A program made the translations under genes and the position numbers. Under the pieces are notes generated by a model. It saw only the letters and a program-made list of their open reading frames with translations, had not been told where the DNA came from and ran no database searches. From NCBI GenBank assembly GCA_964016885.1, contig OZ024741.1, positions 112,034,001-112,098,000 of the forward strand: a DNA stretch of 64,000 nucleotides. The letters are read 5' to 3'. Of this stretch, positions 13,240-27,716 are shown piece after piece. Source of the DNA: Eledone cirrhosa. Taxonomy: Eukaryota. Positions within the stretch are counted from its first letter, which is position 1. Each line of letters starts with the position of its first letter.

Positions 13240-13728
13240 AGAAAACAATACGGTGCAATGAAGAAATATATAAGTTATAGTTTAACGTTTTTATATAGGA
13301 AAAGAGTCTCAACGTTTCGGCCACTAACTAGTCAGTAGTCATAATATATAATGCTAAATAAAAGAAGAAATAGAAAGATAGAGAAAGAAAAGAATAAGAA
13401 TAAGAAGACATCATGGAAAAAGATTTTGGAGGAGAATAAACACGTATGTGTTTAAACATCGATTTGAGAAAAAAATACACACGTACTTACAAGATGGCCG
13501 ACTGAATACGCGCGTGTGTTTTATTCGATTCCACTTTTTTCCTATATTTTCCCCGTTCTTCCTCTTATCACGCTTTACTTTATATTCATCTTCTATTTCG
13601 AACTCTATCTCCTGATAAAGGACTAGTGTCCGAAACGTTAGGACTCTCTTCCTCTTATTTCAAGCGTTAAACTAATGTATTTCTTCCATGTACTGTGTCA
13701 TTTCTTTTGTTATTTCTGTTTACCTTTT

Positions 13729-13730
<2 letters not shown>
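13240..13730. mobile_element. Old fold-back PLE-derived element with decayed HHR
   Basis: Diverged inverted arms ~13255-13330 and ~13625-13715; TCTC-CTGATAA-AGGACtagtGTCC-GAAA-CG-TT at 13608-13643 has an uncompensated G8A, so probably inactive. Confidence 0.65.
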
Positions 13731-13815
<85 letters not shown>

Positions 13816-13852
13816 ATTAAATAAATGGAAACTATATTTATAAAACCATATT

Positions 13853-13918
13853 TATTTCATTATATATATTTCGGGGATATCATATTAACAATATGCTATG
13901 CCTTCCTCAGACAAAATA
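13853..13918 (-). ncRNA. Type I hammerhead ribozyme
   Basis: Reverse complement of 14076-14141. Confidence 0.75.
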
Positions 13919-14075
13919 CAATATAAACAGTTTTATAGATAAATAGATTCGACATACCGTTATAACACCGACTTCCATTTGAAGAGGTTTAAGCTGCCAG
14001 CTTAAACCTCTTCAAATGGAAGTCGGTGTTATAACGGTATGTCGAATCTATTTATCTATAAAACTGTTTATATTG

Positions 14076-14141
14076 TATTTTGTCTGAGGAAGGCATAGCA
14101 TATTGTTAATATGATATCCCCGAAATATATATAATGAAATA
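14076..14141 (+). ncRNA. Type I hammerhead ribozyme
   Basis: TATTTTGT-CTGAGGA-[GGcATAgCATATTgttAATATGaTATcCC stem II]-GAAA-TATATA-TA-ATGAAATA; 8-bp stem I including two G-U pairs. Confidence 0.78.
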
Positions 14142-14269
14142 AATATGGTTTTATAAATATAGTTTCCATTTATTTAATATTGTAAATATACTCCAAATAT
14201 TTGTCGAGTGCTTTTATATCAGTTATAAATATTTACTAGTTGTAACCCAACAATTTTAAATATAACTTT

Positions 14270-15606
<1,337 letters not shown>

Positions 15607-15789
15607 TTTTGCAAGGTTTTTGATATGAAATCGTGTGTTGAAACAAATATTGTTATATTTGGGGAGGGTCATATTGTTATAATATTGCCAGAGATAATAA
15701 TAAAACACACTCACTGTTTGGTTTGGGTTGGTTTTCGCTTCTGTATCTTTTTTATCTCCATAGTTAATTTATCTGGCAATCAATGATTA

Positions 15790-17786
15790 CACCGTGTAAC
15801 AAAAAAACATTTTTTTCTCTGTTCCTGGCTTATAATCACTTTTTTGTGTTGCTTAGGTCCCAAATAAATAAAAAAAAGTGCTATTAAACAGTTAAAAGTT
15901 TGGGTTTGTAAAAATTCTAAGAATTATTTGTATGCTGGATTTTACGTTGTATGTAAGTTTAATTTGCTTATGTTAAATGATTTTTTTATATATGTTTCAG
16001 GTTAAATTAAAATTATAAAATAAAGAGTAATACCTAAAGAAAATTATAAAAGTGCAATAAAGTATAAAATTGTTAAAAAGTGGATTAAAGAGATTTATTG
16101 ATACTGGATTTTCGCACCCTGAATAAAGGGTAAGTTGTGTTTTAAGCACGAATCTTCATTAGTATGATTAGTGTTCTTTTATATTATTTAAATATGTATT
16201 TCCCTTTCCAATATTTAGTTTGTATTGCATATCAAATTTATTTTCCAAGACAAGTATTCTGATGAAGAGGAGGAGATGGATGCTGAGGACTTGGATTACC
16301 TGCCTGAGGTACCAGAAAAAGTTCCTCACTTCCCAAACCAAAAAGAAGTCAATGATTTGGTCAGGGATATGGGTCTGACCAAGTCCAATGCAGAGCTATT
16401 CGTCTCCAGGATGAAGCAGTGGAACTTGGTCAAGGAGGAAGTGTAGGTGATAAGTCAGAGAAGTCGACACGAACCTTTCTCAGGCTTTTACACACTTATA
16501 GATGGCCTCTGCTGCTGCCATGACGTACCTGGACTGTTTGACGTTATTGGGGTGCCGTTTGTGCCCAAGGAGTGGCGGCTATTTATAGACAGCTCCCCCA
16601 CAAGTTTGAAGGCTGTCCTCCTCCACAATGGAAACAAGTTCCCGACACTGCCCCTAGTTCATTCAGTCTGCCTGATGGAAGATTACTACAGTGTGAAAGT
16701 CCTCTTGGAAGCTCTGCAATACAACCAGTACAATTGGGAAATCATTGGAGACTTCAAGATGGTGGCTTTCCTGCTTGGACTCCAAGGAGGCTTTATCAAA
16801 TTTCAATGCTTCCTCTGCCTTTGGGACAGCAGAGCCGCCTCTGACCACTACAAAAGAAAGAACTGGGAGCAGCGAACAGAATTTGTAGTTGGGACTCGGA
16901 ACGTCATGTGGGAGCCACTGGTTGATCCCAGGATTGTGCTCATGCCACTGTTGCACATTAAGTTGGGGTTGATGAAGCAGTTTGTGAAGGCTCTCAACCA
17001 AGAATCAACCGCTTTTAAGTACCTTCTTGAGTTCTTCCCCAAGTTAGCTGAGGCCAAAATCAAAGGTGCAATTTTTGTTGGACCTCAGATAAAGAAGGTG
17101 TTTGAGTCTACCGAGTTCTCCAATAAGCTCAATAGGATTGAGAGAACAGTATGGAACTGTTTCAAGGCAGTTGTTAAGGGCTTCCTGGGCAACTACAGAG
17201 ATGAAAACTACCAGCAACTGGTGCAGGATCTGATAAAGGCTTTTGGCGCCATGGGATGCAGGATGTCGCTTAAACCCCATAAGCTGGACGCTCACCTGGA
17301 AAAATTCAAGGACAATATGGGCGCCTACTCAGAAGAACAAGGCGACCGATTCCACCAAGATGTGAAAGAGATAGAGCGGAGGTACCAGGGCCACTACAAT
17401 GAAAAAATGATGGGGGACTATATCTGGGGGCTAGTGCGGGAATGCGACCTGGACTACAACCGCAAATCCAGGAAATCAAGTCATTCCTGACGTGTATAAG
17501 TTGCTTTATAAGTGTTATTTGTTTTTACTTGTTTGCTTTTGAGAGGTCCAACACAAAGCTTGTGTAATAAAATAAATATATACTCTGTTGATTTAATTAT
17601 ATGAACTGATAAATTTAAAAAAAATGTGTTTTTTTCTTTAAAAATATGAAAATTTCGAAATATCAAACTCCTGACCACAAACCCAAACTTCTGATTAAAT
17701 AATAGTGTTTTTGTTAATAATAATGGGATATAACAAACCATGAAATGACACTTAGAACCGGGAAACAAATAATATGTTACACGGTG
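15790..17786 (+). mobile_element. Chapaev3-type (CMC) DNA transposon
   Basis: 12-bp TIRs CACCGTGTAACA; TTA duplicated at 15787-15789 and 17787-17789 (CAC..GTG ends plus TWA TSD are typical of Chapaev3); internal transposase. Confidence 0.85.
16225..17490 (+). pseudogene. Chapaev3-type DDE transposase, one in-frame stop, N-terminus absent
   Basis: Same-frame ORFs 16225-16446 and 16447-17490 split by TAG; motifs WRLFIDSS, GDFKMV, CFLCLWDSR, LHIKLGLMKQFVKAL, SEEQGDRFHQ. Confidence 0.85.
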
Positions 17787-17870
17787 TTATCATTGATTGA
17801 CCAACGGTGTGTTTTATTATTATTTCTGACAATATAACCCTCCCTAAATATAACAATATATATATATATA

Positions 17871-18190
17871 CATATATAAAATGAATAAAAATAATCAGTA
17901 TTAAATTACATTAAATTATTTAATTGATATATGAACGTTTCTATCAATACAGTAAGAAAACCAATTTCTTGTGTATTGATATCTTGAGAAACGTTCGCAA
18001 ATCAATTAAATAATCTAATGTAATTTAATCCTGGTTATCTTCATTCATTTTGTATATGTGCGAGATATTGTAAAATTACTGCGATTGGAAATTTACCAAT
18101 TGGGTTAAAATTTGAACTGTCTTGCTGTGTACTATAAAATCACATTTGAGCTTTGAATTATTCTTTGCCTTCATATGGCTGTGTTAACAA
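17871..18190. mobile_element. Old imperfect fold-back element
   Basis: Diverged inverted arms ~17871-17960 and ~17965-18058 plus tail; GAAACGTT HHR 3'-half relic near 17988. Confidence 0.6.
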
Positions 18191-18207
18191 CTCATCGAAA
18201 CTATTTT

Positions 18208-18304
<97 letters not shown>

Positions 18305-18409
18305 CACACACTAACAGATAACATTTCCCCATTTATGGGGTAGGGCGTGGAACACTCACCTGTGTGACCATATGTGGCCACACTTTCTCTAGTGCAAGCT
18401 GCATTAGGT

Positions 18410-18630
18410 TGGTGAACTGACAGAATCCTTAGAGTGTTGGGAAAAATACTTTGCTTTATTTAATTACAACTTTCTACGTTCTTAATTTAAATACCGTTGA
18501 GATCAACTTTACCTTTCATCCTTACGGGGTCGGTAAAATGAAGTACCAGTAATACACAGAGGTCAATTTTATCGTGTTTCTCATTCCCTTCAGGTTGCTG
18601 GCCTTGTGCCAAATGTAGAAACAATTATTA
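18410..18630 (+). mobile_element. SINE
   Basis: Body CTTTCATCCTTACGGGGTCG...GCTGGCCTTGTGCCAAA..GAAACAATTATT. Confidence 0.7.
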
Positions 18631-19222
18631 TTCTCTTGAGGTCGATAAAACAACTGTAAGTAATATATCTATTTAATTGAAAGTATTTATCATTAGACTA
18701 AAGGCGAAGTCAGGATGTCAATATAACATATGATTATTAATAAAATATCATACATAAGATTTTATTCTGTTAATTCAATTATTCATCATAAAGCCATTAT
18801 ATATTCTATTCGTATATTTATGACCTCTTCTATAGGCTTCCATATGAATTTATTCTTGTATTCTTTTATTCTTTTATTTTATTCTCACTACCATCACTGT
18901 CGACCTCTTCCTCGGCTTTGTTCTTTATATTCTCGACATGATTTTATCCTCCGTTCCTTCTCCAATCGATTTTTTCTCTTTTATAACATAATCTCTTCCC
19001 TTTCTTCTCAACATGCTGACTACCTGTTGATAAAAGTCGTCTGTTTGACCGATTTAGCCCTCAGCATTTGTTCTCTTTTCTCTTTTAATTCTGAAATTTC
19101 TGATATTTCTTGGATTTCTTCTTCACGGGTCTCATTTTAACACACGTTGACACCCTTTTCTTTGTATGTTGTCATGCAGTGATTCTTTCCTCACTCTTTG
19201 GTTTTCTCCCGCCACCTCTCTC

Positions 19223-19257
<35 letters not shown>

Positions 19258-19514
19258 TAGATCCCTCTCTTTCAGAGTATCTCTTCCATACACTCTTTCA
19301 TTCTTTCTCTTCTCTTTCACATTTAATCTTATACATCTCTTCTTTTTCTCACTCTTTTCTCACTCTTTTCTCACTCGGTCGCTGTAGCACACAATCTCAC
19401 TTGCTCTGACTATTTTTCTCACTCTGACAAAGAAAGATTTCTCTGAATTTCCAATATCAAACACCCCACCTTTTCCCCACAAAACCAATGAATTATATTT
19501 CTATATTACTGTAG

Positions 19515-19553
19515 GAATTGTTCAAGAGAATGAGGAGAAAATGCTTACCAAAG
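19515..19553 (+). CDS. Candidate 39-nt internal exon of an unidentified host gene
   Basis: ctgtAG acceptor and AAG|GTAAGT donor; length divisible by 3; open as (G)IVQENEEKMLTK or ELFKRMRRKCLPK. Confidence 0.35.
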
Positions 19554-20173
19554 GTAAGTGAGCTATCGTTGACATGAAACATCTCACAGAAGCAAAGCAC
19601 TGGATTTTTCCGAGTGTTTGCCTCTGTTTGTGTGTTGGGTTTAGGCACAAGCATGGTTTTTGGTTAAGAAGTTCGCTTTGCATTTCAGGCTCAGTTCCAT
19701 TGCGTGGTATCTTGATTTCATGTCATAGACTGGAAGTTTAATTTCTTTTTGTCGAAGCCTTTAGATTATTTACGCCACCGACTTGCATTAATTCTAGCTC
19801 TTAGACGCACAGTTTTCCCAGGCCGCAGCCCATTGACCTCGTCCTAGATGCATGATATACTCTCCTTTTTTGCATTCCACTCCCAAATACTGTACTAAAT
19901 ACTCTTTTCCACCTCAATTTAGTAACTATTAAAAAGCTGTTGTTATTTTTTTAATACCAGATTTGCAGGTTTTTTAAAAGGTGGGTATTGAAATTGCTTT
20001 GTTCTCTTTTACTCTTTTACTGATTCGAAGAAATTTAGTCGATCATATCAACACCATTACTTAGGTTTTCAGGTCTGGTACGTTGAAGTATACATATATA
20101 TAGATATATAGTCCAATCCATGCAAGCGGGGACAAACGAATGTAAAAAGGCTGATATATATATTGATATATAT

Positions 20174-20478
20174 ATATAATATAAAACGAAAAATCAGTGA
20201 TGCATCTAGACTCAGTTTATTGTGTGTTACAATTGTTTCGCCGGCAGATAGCTTGAGACACGAACATTGTATGGATCCGTCTGATTCTAGAACTGCGGGA
20301 TCCATACAATGATCCTGTCTCGAGCTATCTGCCGGCGAAACAATTGTAACACACAATAAACTGAGTCTAGATGCATCACTGATTTTTCGTTTTATATTAT
20401 ATCACACTCTGCTCTGTAAGAACATAGAGTGCTCAACTGGCATACCGCCTATGGAAGCACCATAGCTACCATTAAACA
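20174..20478. mobile_element. Fold-back element carrying HHR 3' half
   Basis: Arms ~20174-20280 and ~20297-20402; GAAA-CAATTG-TA-ACAC at 20337-20352; ~75-bp tail. Confidence 0.85.
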
Positions 20479-20507
20479 CACACATATATATATATACATA
20501 TATATAT

Positions 20508-20690
20508 AATGAAGGAGATATGGTAAGGAACCAGATGGACCATAACGTACCAGAGTACTCAATACTTAGGGTAGTAGAGTGGGTAATAGGAAAAAGTATG
20601 ATCCCGACGGCAGACCTCAAGCCGTTTCAACGAGTCCAGAAATAGCCGTCGAAACGGCTTGAGCTCTGCCGTCGGAGTCATACTTTTTCC

Positions 20691-20692
<2 letters not shown>
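20508..20692. mobile_element. Mini fold-back element, family C copy 1
   Basis: Homologous to 31813-32010, 32260-32446 and the PLE pseudo-LTR at 30815-30945. Confidence 0.85.
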
Positions 20693-20731
<39 letters not shown>

Positions 20732-20751
20732 CTGTGTGTGGGTGTGTGGGT

Positions 20752-20906
20752 GTGTCGCGAGTTCAATCAGCGGAAACCACAGTTAGTAAGGTACTCAATA
20801 TATTAGTAGTGTGTAAACATCAGGTTTAATATAGAAATGGCTTCTACAGGACCAGAATTGGTTGATTTCTTTTTAATGAAACAGTTCTCGTCCTGTAGAA
20901 ACCTCT
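20752..20906. mobile_element. Decayed mini fold-back element, family D
   Basis: Homologous to 21066-21275; retains GAAACAG..CTGTAGAA. Confidence 0.65.
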
Positions 20907-20959
20907 CTCACACACACACACATATATATATATATACATATATATATATACATATATAC

Positions 20960-21069
<110 letters not shown>

Positions 21070-21153
21070 GTTATTCCGGGTTGAATCGGAGGTAACCACA
21101 GTAAGTAAGGTACTCAATACATTGTAGAGTATAAAAGTTTTAATATAGATGAG

Positions 21154-21200
21154 ATTCTACAGGACTAGAACTGTTTCATTCCTTAGAAATCATCAGGAAT
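21154..21200 (-). ncRNA. Canonical type I hammerhead ribozyme
   Basis: Exact reverse complement of 21220-21266. Confidence 0.85.
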
Positions 21201-21219
21201 CCCTGATGATTTCTAAGGA

Positions 21220-21266
21220 ATTCCTGATGATTTCTAAGGAATGAAACAGTTCTAGTCCTGTAGAAT
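21220..21266 (+). ncRNA. Canonical type I hammerhead ribozyme
   Basis: ATTC-CTGATGA-tTTCtaagGAAt-GAAA-CAGttctagtcCTG-TA-GAAT; GUA cleavage triplet. Confidence 0.85.
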
Positions 21267-21270
21267 CTCA

Positions 21271-21314
<44 letters not shown>

Positions 21315-21331
21315 CATATATATATATATAT

Positions 21332-21410
<79 letters not shown>

Positions 21411-21433
21411 TATAGATACATATATATATACAT

Positions 21434-21482
<49 letters not shown>

Positions 21483-21645
21483 TATAAATACATATATATA
21501 TACATATATATAGATACATATATATATACATATATATAGATACATATATATATATACATATATACATACATATATATATATTACTCTTTTACCTCTTTTA
21601 CCTGTTTCAGCCATCCGGCTGAGGCCATGCTGGGGCACCGCCCTT

Positions 21646-21742
<97 letters not shown>

Positions 21743-22769
21743 ATATATCATTTTCTGGAAGAAATCGTATGTCTCCAGACTTAGAGACCTGATGGGCTCC
21801 GCCAGGTCTAAGGTGCCAGAGACGCGCAGTATGCCCGACAGTGTCTTATGATTACATCAGGAGTTATGAATCTCAATACTAAACGGAAATTATGAATATG
21901 ATGCATAGAATATTCATGACATTAATCTAAGAGGTGCAGAATTTTAGAAAATGGCTTCAGAACAACAAAATGAGAATTTTGAAATGTATTAAGTTACAGT
22001 GAGATCAGGAGTTGTTGGCCGGAGGTGAAATGCCCGCAACACAAAGAATTAGATAATGTAACATATCGCAGAGCATAAGAAATAATTAATTAACTAATTA
22101 ATTTTGTGTCGGAAGTATTTCTAGCTTTGTTGTAAACATTGAGACACAATTCGTTTAAAATCATTAATCTTTCTTTTGTAAAGTTACACGTTTTCTTTTG
22201 AGGCTATAACCCCCAAATTACTTTAGAGCAAAAGTAGCAATAGCATACTGTATACAATTAAACAATAACTACAATTTTATATCTATTTATAATATATCTC
22301 TCGGAAAAGACAAAAAATGGAAACAAAAAAAAAAAGAAGAAAATGAAAGAAAATAGATGTGGGAGGCAAAAGATGATGGATTAGAAGAAAAGTTAAAGCG
22401 TCAGAAAAAATACGTTGCGGTATTAAGTTAAGAGGTTTAACGTTCTGAATTCAAATCTCGCTAAGTGGTCTTTAAACTAAAATACTTGGTTCAATATTAT
22501 CGATAGTACACATCTCTAACTAAATTGAGGCCATGCGGCTATATAAGAACCCAGTGATGGATCCTCCGTCGATTTCGACAATGTGCATTCAGTTGTTCGA
22601 TCAACTGAATGTCCAACTCCTGAATTAACGTAATTGAGTATTCCACAGACATGTGTATCCTCAACATAATTCCCAACACAAATCAGCGCACACAATATGT
22701 AACAAGACAGTTTCTTTGAATTATATGTACATCCGACGGGCTTCTTAACACTTTCCGTTGACCTCGATT

Positions 22770-22890
22770 TCAAAAACAAGGCATGGATCAACCCAAGGCT
22801 ATGGTAAAGACATTTAGCAGAGACGCCATGAAGTGAGATCAAACCTGAACCTCATACTTGCGAGGCGGACGCCTTAATCACTCAGTCAGC
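22770..22890 (-). mobile_element. tRNA-derived SINE head
   Basis: Reverse strand GACTGAGTGATTAAGG...GGTTTGATC boxes. Confidence 0.55.
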
Positions 22891-23432
22891 AATGCATGTT
22901 GTCAGAAAACAATAATTACATCACTGATACTTTTCTAGTTATAGTGAGTCTTTTATAAAATGATTCTATGACGCTACTGAAAAGTAGTTTTTGAGATGCA
23001 AGAGTAGACAACTCAAGCAACCAATTAAATAAGGTTATAACAGCGACAAAGATATTTTAGATATGTTAAAGAGACAAATAATTATAAGGATTGCGATAGA
23101 TTTCCTATGTAATGTTGGTTTCCGACAAACAGTAGAAACGACGTATATTATGAGTAGCTTAAACATTTAAAACTTTCATTAATTTACTATCGTAATGGGA
23201 TCTCCACAATCTATTTAGCGAAATGAAAGATGAAAAATTATTTATTTTGTTTGAATCGTTTTTGTTCAGTCAATGCTGAAGCTCTGTCGCAAGTTCTAGG
23301 TTTTCGTTACATTTTGTTTTACAACTTTTAATATTTCTATTGGATTTGTTATATTATAGCATCATGTGCTTGCTCAGGCATGTGCATGTGCTGGATTGCA
23401 ATAACTGCTACGCATGTGTATATACTGGATTG

Positions 23433-23503
<71 letters not shown>

Positions 23504-23599
23504 TATCAGTTATTGCAATCCATTATATACATGCACACACACAACGCCCACGCACATATATATCTACATATACATATACATGAAACGTTATCGTTACAT

Positions 23600-24900
23600 A
23601 TTTAATATGCATCGTCTCTCTTTATGGTATTATTAGGCTCGGAAAATGTTCTCCTTGATCTACTTTGATTATAGGGACTAATGTGAGTTTATAACTCAAT
23701 ATATGCTTTTGATGAATTGAGCTCCTACGCTATTGTTGAGCTTTTAATATATTGAATGGACATGATTCCTATTTTTTTTTTTACAGTTTATGCTCTATTC
23801 GACTCGCTAGACACGCGATACCATGTGCGATTTCTCTCTCTTAACAAATGCACATTATGTAATCTTCTAAGGAAATTAGTAGTGGAGTGATTACTGATCC
23901 AAACATCCACTGAAGAGCATGGGATCTTTAACTCTCTCCACTGATCTGCGAAACAGTTCAACCCAAAGCTGTCTGGATGTTGATAGCTATAATCGGTTTG
24001 TAAATCTTTATTTATCCTTTTAATTGAGTCTTGTGAACCGTATTATCTTTAGTCAGTATTTGCTTCACCGTGGCATACAAGGTATGTCCCGGTAAGGAAA
24101 TTGGCCGATTGTCGATTACCGATTAATCGGTGACCTTGTATCGATAATGTAATTATGTATCGTGATATTTTGATTGTAAGTTATATATTTTAATATTTCA
24201 TAATTAATCAAAATCATGGAACTACATGGTGCCAAAATTAGATTTATTTTAGCCTATTTTAGCCTGCAAGAAAACGGTTATGCTCTGAAAATGGAGAAAT
24301 ATTGATGTTTTTACATGGGTTGGCTGGAGTATGTCACGTTTTTTGTGGTGTACCTCTGTGTTAGAAAATCGTCAATACATGTAATCCATGTGCTATGTAG
24401 GTTGTTTAGTGGGTGTGCTAAGTATTAGTAAAATATGAGTATGTTATAAGCGTGTCGGGTATGTAAAGGCTTGAATCGTTCACTTAACTGATGAATGCAT
24501 AGATAGGGCTACCAAGTCGGTTCTGGTTGTTTTTGTATGTTATTGTGAGTGTTAATTTATTTCCCAGATTGGATAGGAGTTTCTATTGTTTTGGAAAGAA
24601 TTTGGCGATGTGGAAATTTGTTGTGGAAATTTGCTCTAGCCTGCAGGTAGTAATTGGAGCTATTGAAATTGTTTAATATATGCCACCTTTCCATTATGCA
24701 GAGTTGGCATTTCCTTGGTCCGTTGAAATAGGGTCTGCATCATTCCAGGATTTTTCCATTCTATTGCATAATCTCCATGAAGATATTTTCGCTAACTAAT
24801 TTTGTAACGTTTTGTTTGTTACAAAATAGGATATTAATGCAACCATAGATATATTATCTAAATAAAATATGAGTTAATCGCGTCTAAAATGTCCTTCACT
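23600..24900 (-). mobile_element. Highly decayed PLE-like RT/EN relic
   Basis: Scattered reverse-strand fragments resembling DxxSLYT, FLD and TD..Y..TD motifs; many stops and frameshifts. Confidence 0.3.
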
Positions 24901-25316
24901 GTGATCCGCTGGATCTGAATTGATCTGGTGTTAACAACAACAGAAACATCTACTGAGAAACGACAAGTACTTAGTGGAAATTTAAATAAATTTTCCCTAC
25001 ACTCTTTCGAGTGAGAGTATGAATTAAGGACAATATCCGACCAACCGAGAAACCTAGTCTTTCCACTGAATACGTAGATGACATAGGTCGGTTTATTTAA
25101 TCAGGGTTAACTTAGGACTACACAACAACAACACTAACGACAACATCAACAACAAAAGCTATTAACTTAATCGTCTGTATCGTTTCATTTTGTTTTTAGG
25201 CAGCTATTTATTTATCTATTTAGTTTTTCAAATTGCATATAAGAAATCATATAAACCTACAGAAAAAATAATAAATCATTTTCATTTTTCCCTCTTATTT
25301 CGGTCTCTCTCACACA

Positions 25317-25319
<3 letters not shown>

Positions 25320-25391
<72 letters not shown>
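25320..25391. repeat. (CT)n microsatellite
   Basis: Direct inspection. Confidence 0.95.
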
Positions 25392-25394
<3 letters not shown>

Positions 25395-25761
25395 GTTTCT
25401 TTCTCTCTTCCTCTGTCTCGTTGTTTATCTCTGTGTCTCTTCGTATGTGTTTTTCCCAAGCTTTGTCATCTCCAATCCATTTTTCTCCATCTCTCACTAT
25501 CTTTCTCTCTCACTCACTCTATCTCTCTACCTCCCCTTTTCCTTTATATCTTATTTCAATATTTATCTGCCAATCTCTTCTCGATTTCACGAAAAAATAA
25601 TAGATTGTAAGTAGTTCCAATGATATTACAGAGTTAATGATCTGTACAGTATGTAATTTTAAATGAAATGTGTTTGTTTATTTATCTTGTCTATTTAAAA
25701 TTGAATCCTTAAATAAGCTAGATTCTATCAGCAACAGGATGTTGCACATAAATATTAATAC

Positions 25762-25826
<65 letters not shown>

Positions 25827-25886
25827 TCACATATATGCATATATATATAATATATATATATTATATATATATGCGCATATATGTGA

Positions 25887-25944
<58 letters not shown>

Positions 25945-26419
25945 TCACATATATGCATATATATATATAATATATATATTATATACTATATTGTTATTTA
26001 ATTTTTTTAAGCTCAATGTGTTTTTGTCATTATAGACAGAAATATAAAAGAGATGTTATTTGAGGAAAGAAGAAAAGTGTGATATATAATAACACAGAGC
26101 ATATACAACAATTTCAGGCATATGATGGGGCAGAGTGTCTTATGCCTTTGCTTGTCGAAAGCCACGAAAATTACTATGTCCTCATGCTAACACATAAATC
26201 ATAGGAATGAACTTCTTATTGCATATCCTCATCGTCTAACATAATCTTTTTTCAATAGAATCTATGAATCTATATAATCTAGCCTTGTTTTCTACCAATA
26301 TCTTTCGTTTTGTGAATCACCTATTCTTTCTTTGTATGCATATCTATATTGTATGCATGTATGCATATCTATATTGGTATGTTTGTAGATATGTATACAT
26401 GTGTAGTTCTTATAAATTT

Positions 26420-26474
26420 ACTGTTATATATATTTCGGTGACAGCCATCATTGACTGTGACCTCTTCAGGCAGT
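26420..26474 (-). ncRNA. Type I hammerhead ribozyme in a PLE-like remnant (~26290-26870)
   Basis: ACTGC-CTGAAGA-GGTcACAGTCAatgaTGGCTGTcACC-GAAA-TATATA-TA-ACAGT; one mismatch at the first stem I pair. Confidence 0.75.
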
Positions 26475-27363
26475 CCGAATTGGTGTGGAAAAGACAGGTA
26501 CACATGTTGTTGAAGTGTGTTTTACTCCGCCAATACATCGATATGTCCAGCTCCTCGGTGTGTTGGTATTCCTCTGAGGAACTGGAATTATATAGGCTAG
26601 AACAAACGAATTTCAGCGTCATAGAACACGCTCGTATCCAATTGGTCAGTTGTGTGACCATTCCTTTGTCAAAAGTCTATAGAAATTCTTCTGAGGCAAG
26701 TCAGCCTGTTATAGTTGTTTTTGTCAGAATTTTTAAATACAGCTGATCTCCTCCATTGTGTTGGTAGTGGTAGTAGTGTTAAGCGGTCATCCAGCAGGTC
26801 AGCTTTAATATGCTGCTGCTATGGTTTGAAAATTCTATGTGTGTAGGCTGGCATCTACCCTGCCACCATTTCACGTGGTGGGGCGTGTCAAACAAATAAA
26901 GAATGCGTGTGTGTTACAACCAATATCAAACATTTTGAAAAATATTGAAAAATATAAACTGAAATAGAAAGCCTGTGTGTCAGGATCAGAAGTGTAAAGA
27001 GTTACAATTCTTATTTTATCATAGAGTACGTGTGATTGTCTGTCAGCTTGCACCGTTGCGTGTGCACACGTATAAACACAGGCTCGGTGCATTCACCTAT
27101 TTACGTCCACACAGACTAACAAAAGATTGGTGCGTTTTAAAAACAAATGAGGTAAAAGTGGAGTGTAAAATACCCAAAAACCTGTGTTATATATATATAT
27201 ATGGAGGAAGTTATAGTTCACTGGAAGCATTGTGTAATGAGGTATAAACGTTTGTATATGTATAATAAAGCCAAAACAATGCAGGTATGGACATAGAATA
27301 AGGAATGCAAATGCAAAAGATATTGTTGACAATTAGTCTTTTACCTTAGATTTATTTAAATGT

Positions 27364-27398
27364 CCTTAATTTTCGAGATAATATTTCTTCTTCGGAGG
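27364..27398 (-). ncRNA. Minimal hammerhead ribozyme, C4 variant
   Basis: Reverse complement of 27479-27513 with one stem II substitution. Confidence 0.6.
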
Positions 27399-27478
27399 GA
27401 AGTAAAGCGGTTAAACCAGTGTTCTAAATAGCTTGACTTGGCAAGCTATTTAGAACACTGGTTTAACCGCTTTACTTC

Positions 27479-27513
27479 CCTCCGAAGAAGAGATATTATC
27501 TCGAAAATTAAGG
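27479..27513 (+). ncRNA. Minimal hammerhead ribozyme, C4 variant
   Basis: CCT-CCGAAGA-aGAGATattATCTC-GAAA-AT-TA-AGG; palindromic AATT stem III. Confidence 0.65.
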
Positions 27514-27636
27514 ACATTTAAATAAATCTAAGGTAAAAGACTAATTGTCAACAATATCTTTTGCATTTGCATTCCTTATTCTATGTCCATACCTGCATTG
27601 TTTTGGCTTTATTATACATATACAAACGTTTATACC

Positions 27637-27716
<80 letters not shown>

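Larger units (their letters stand above)
13810..14272. mobile_element. Perfect fold-back element (187-bp arms, 1-nt spacer) with ~88-bp tail
   Basis: Arms 13810-13996 and 13998-14184; (TA)n on both sides. Confidence 0.9.
27201..27638. mobile_element. Near-perfect fold-back element (~195-bp arms) with paired HHRs
   Basis: Arms ~27241-27435 and ~27442-27636; 40-bp tail on the left; (TA)n flanks. Confidence 0.9.

Noticed and set aside
16259-16275. CTGATGA motif
   Set aside because: Coding sequence (SDEEE) of the transposase; no flanking stems
22516-22760. Cys-rich minus-strand peptide resembling a transposase C-terminal CXC motif
   Set aside because: Too short and degenerate; the ORF start comes from a SINE
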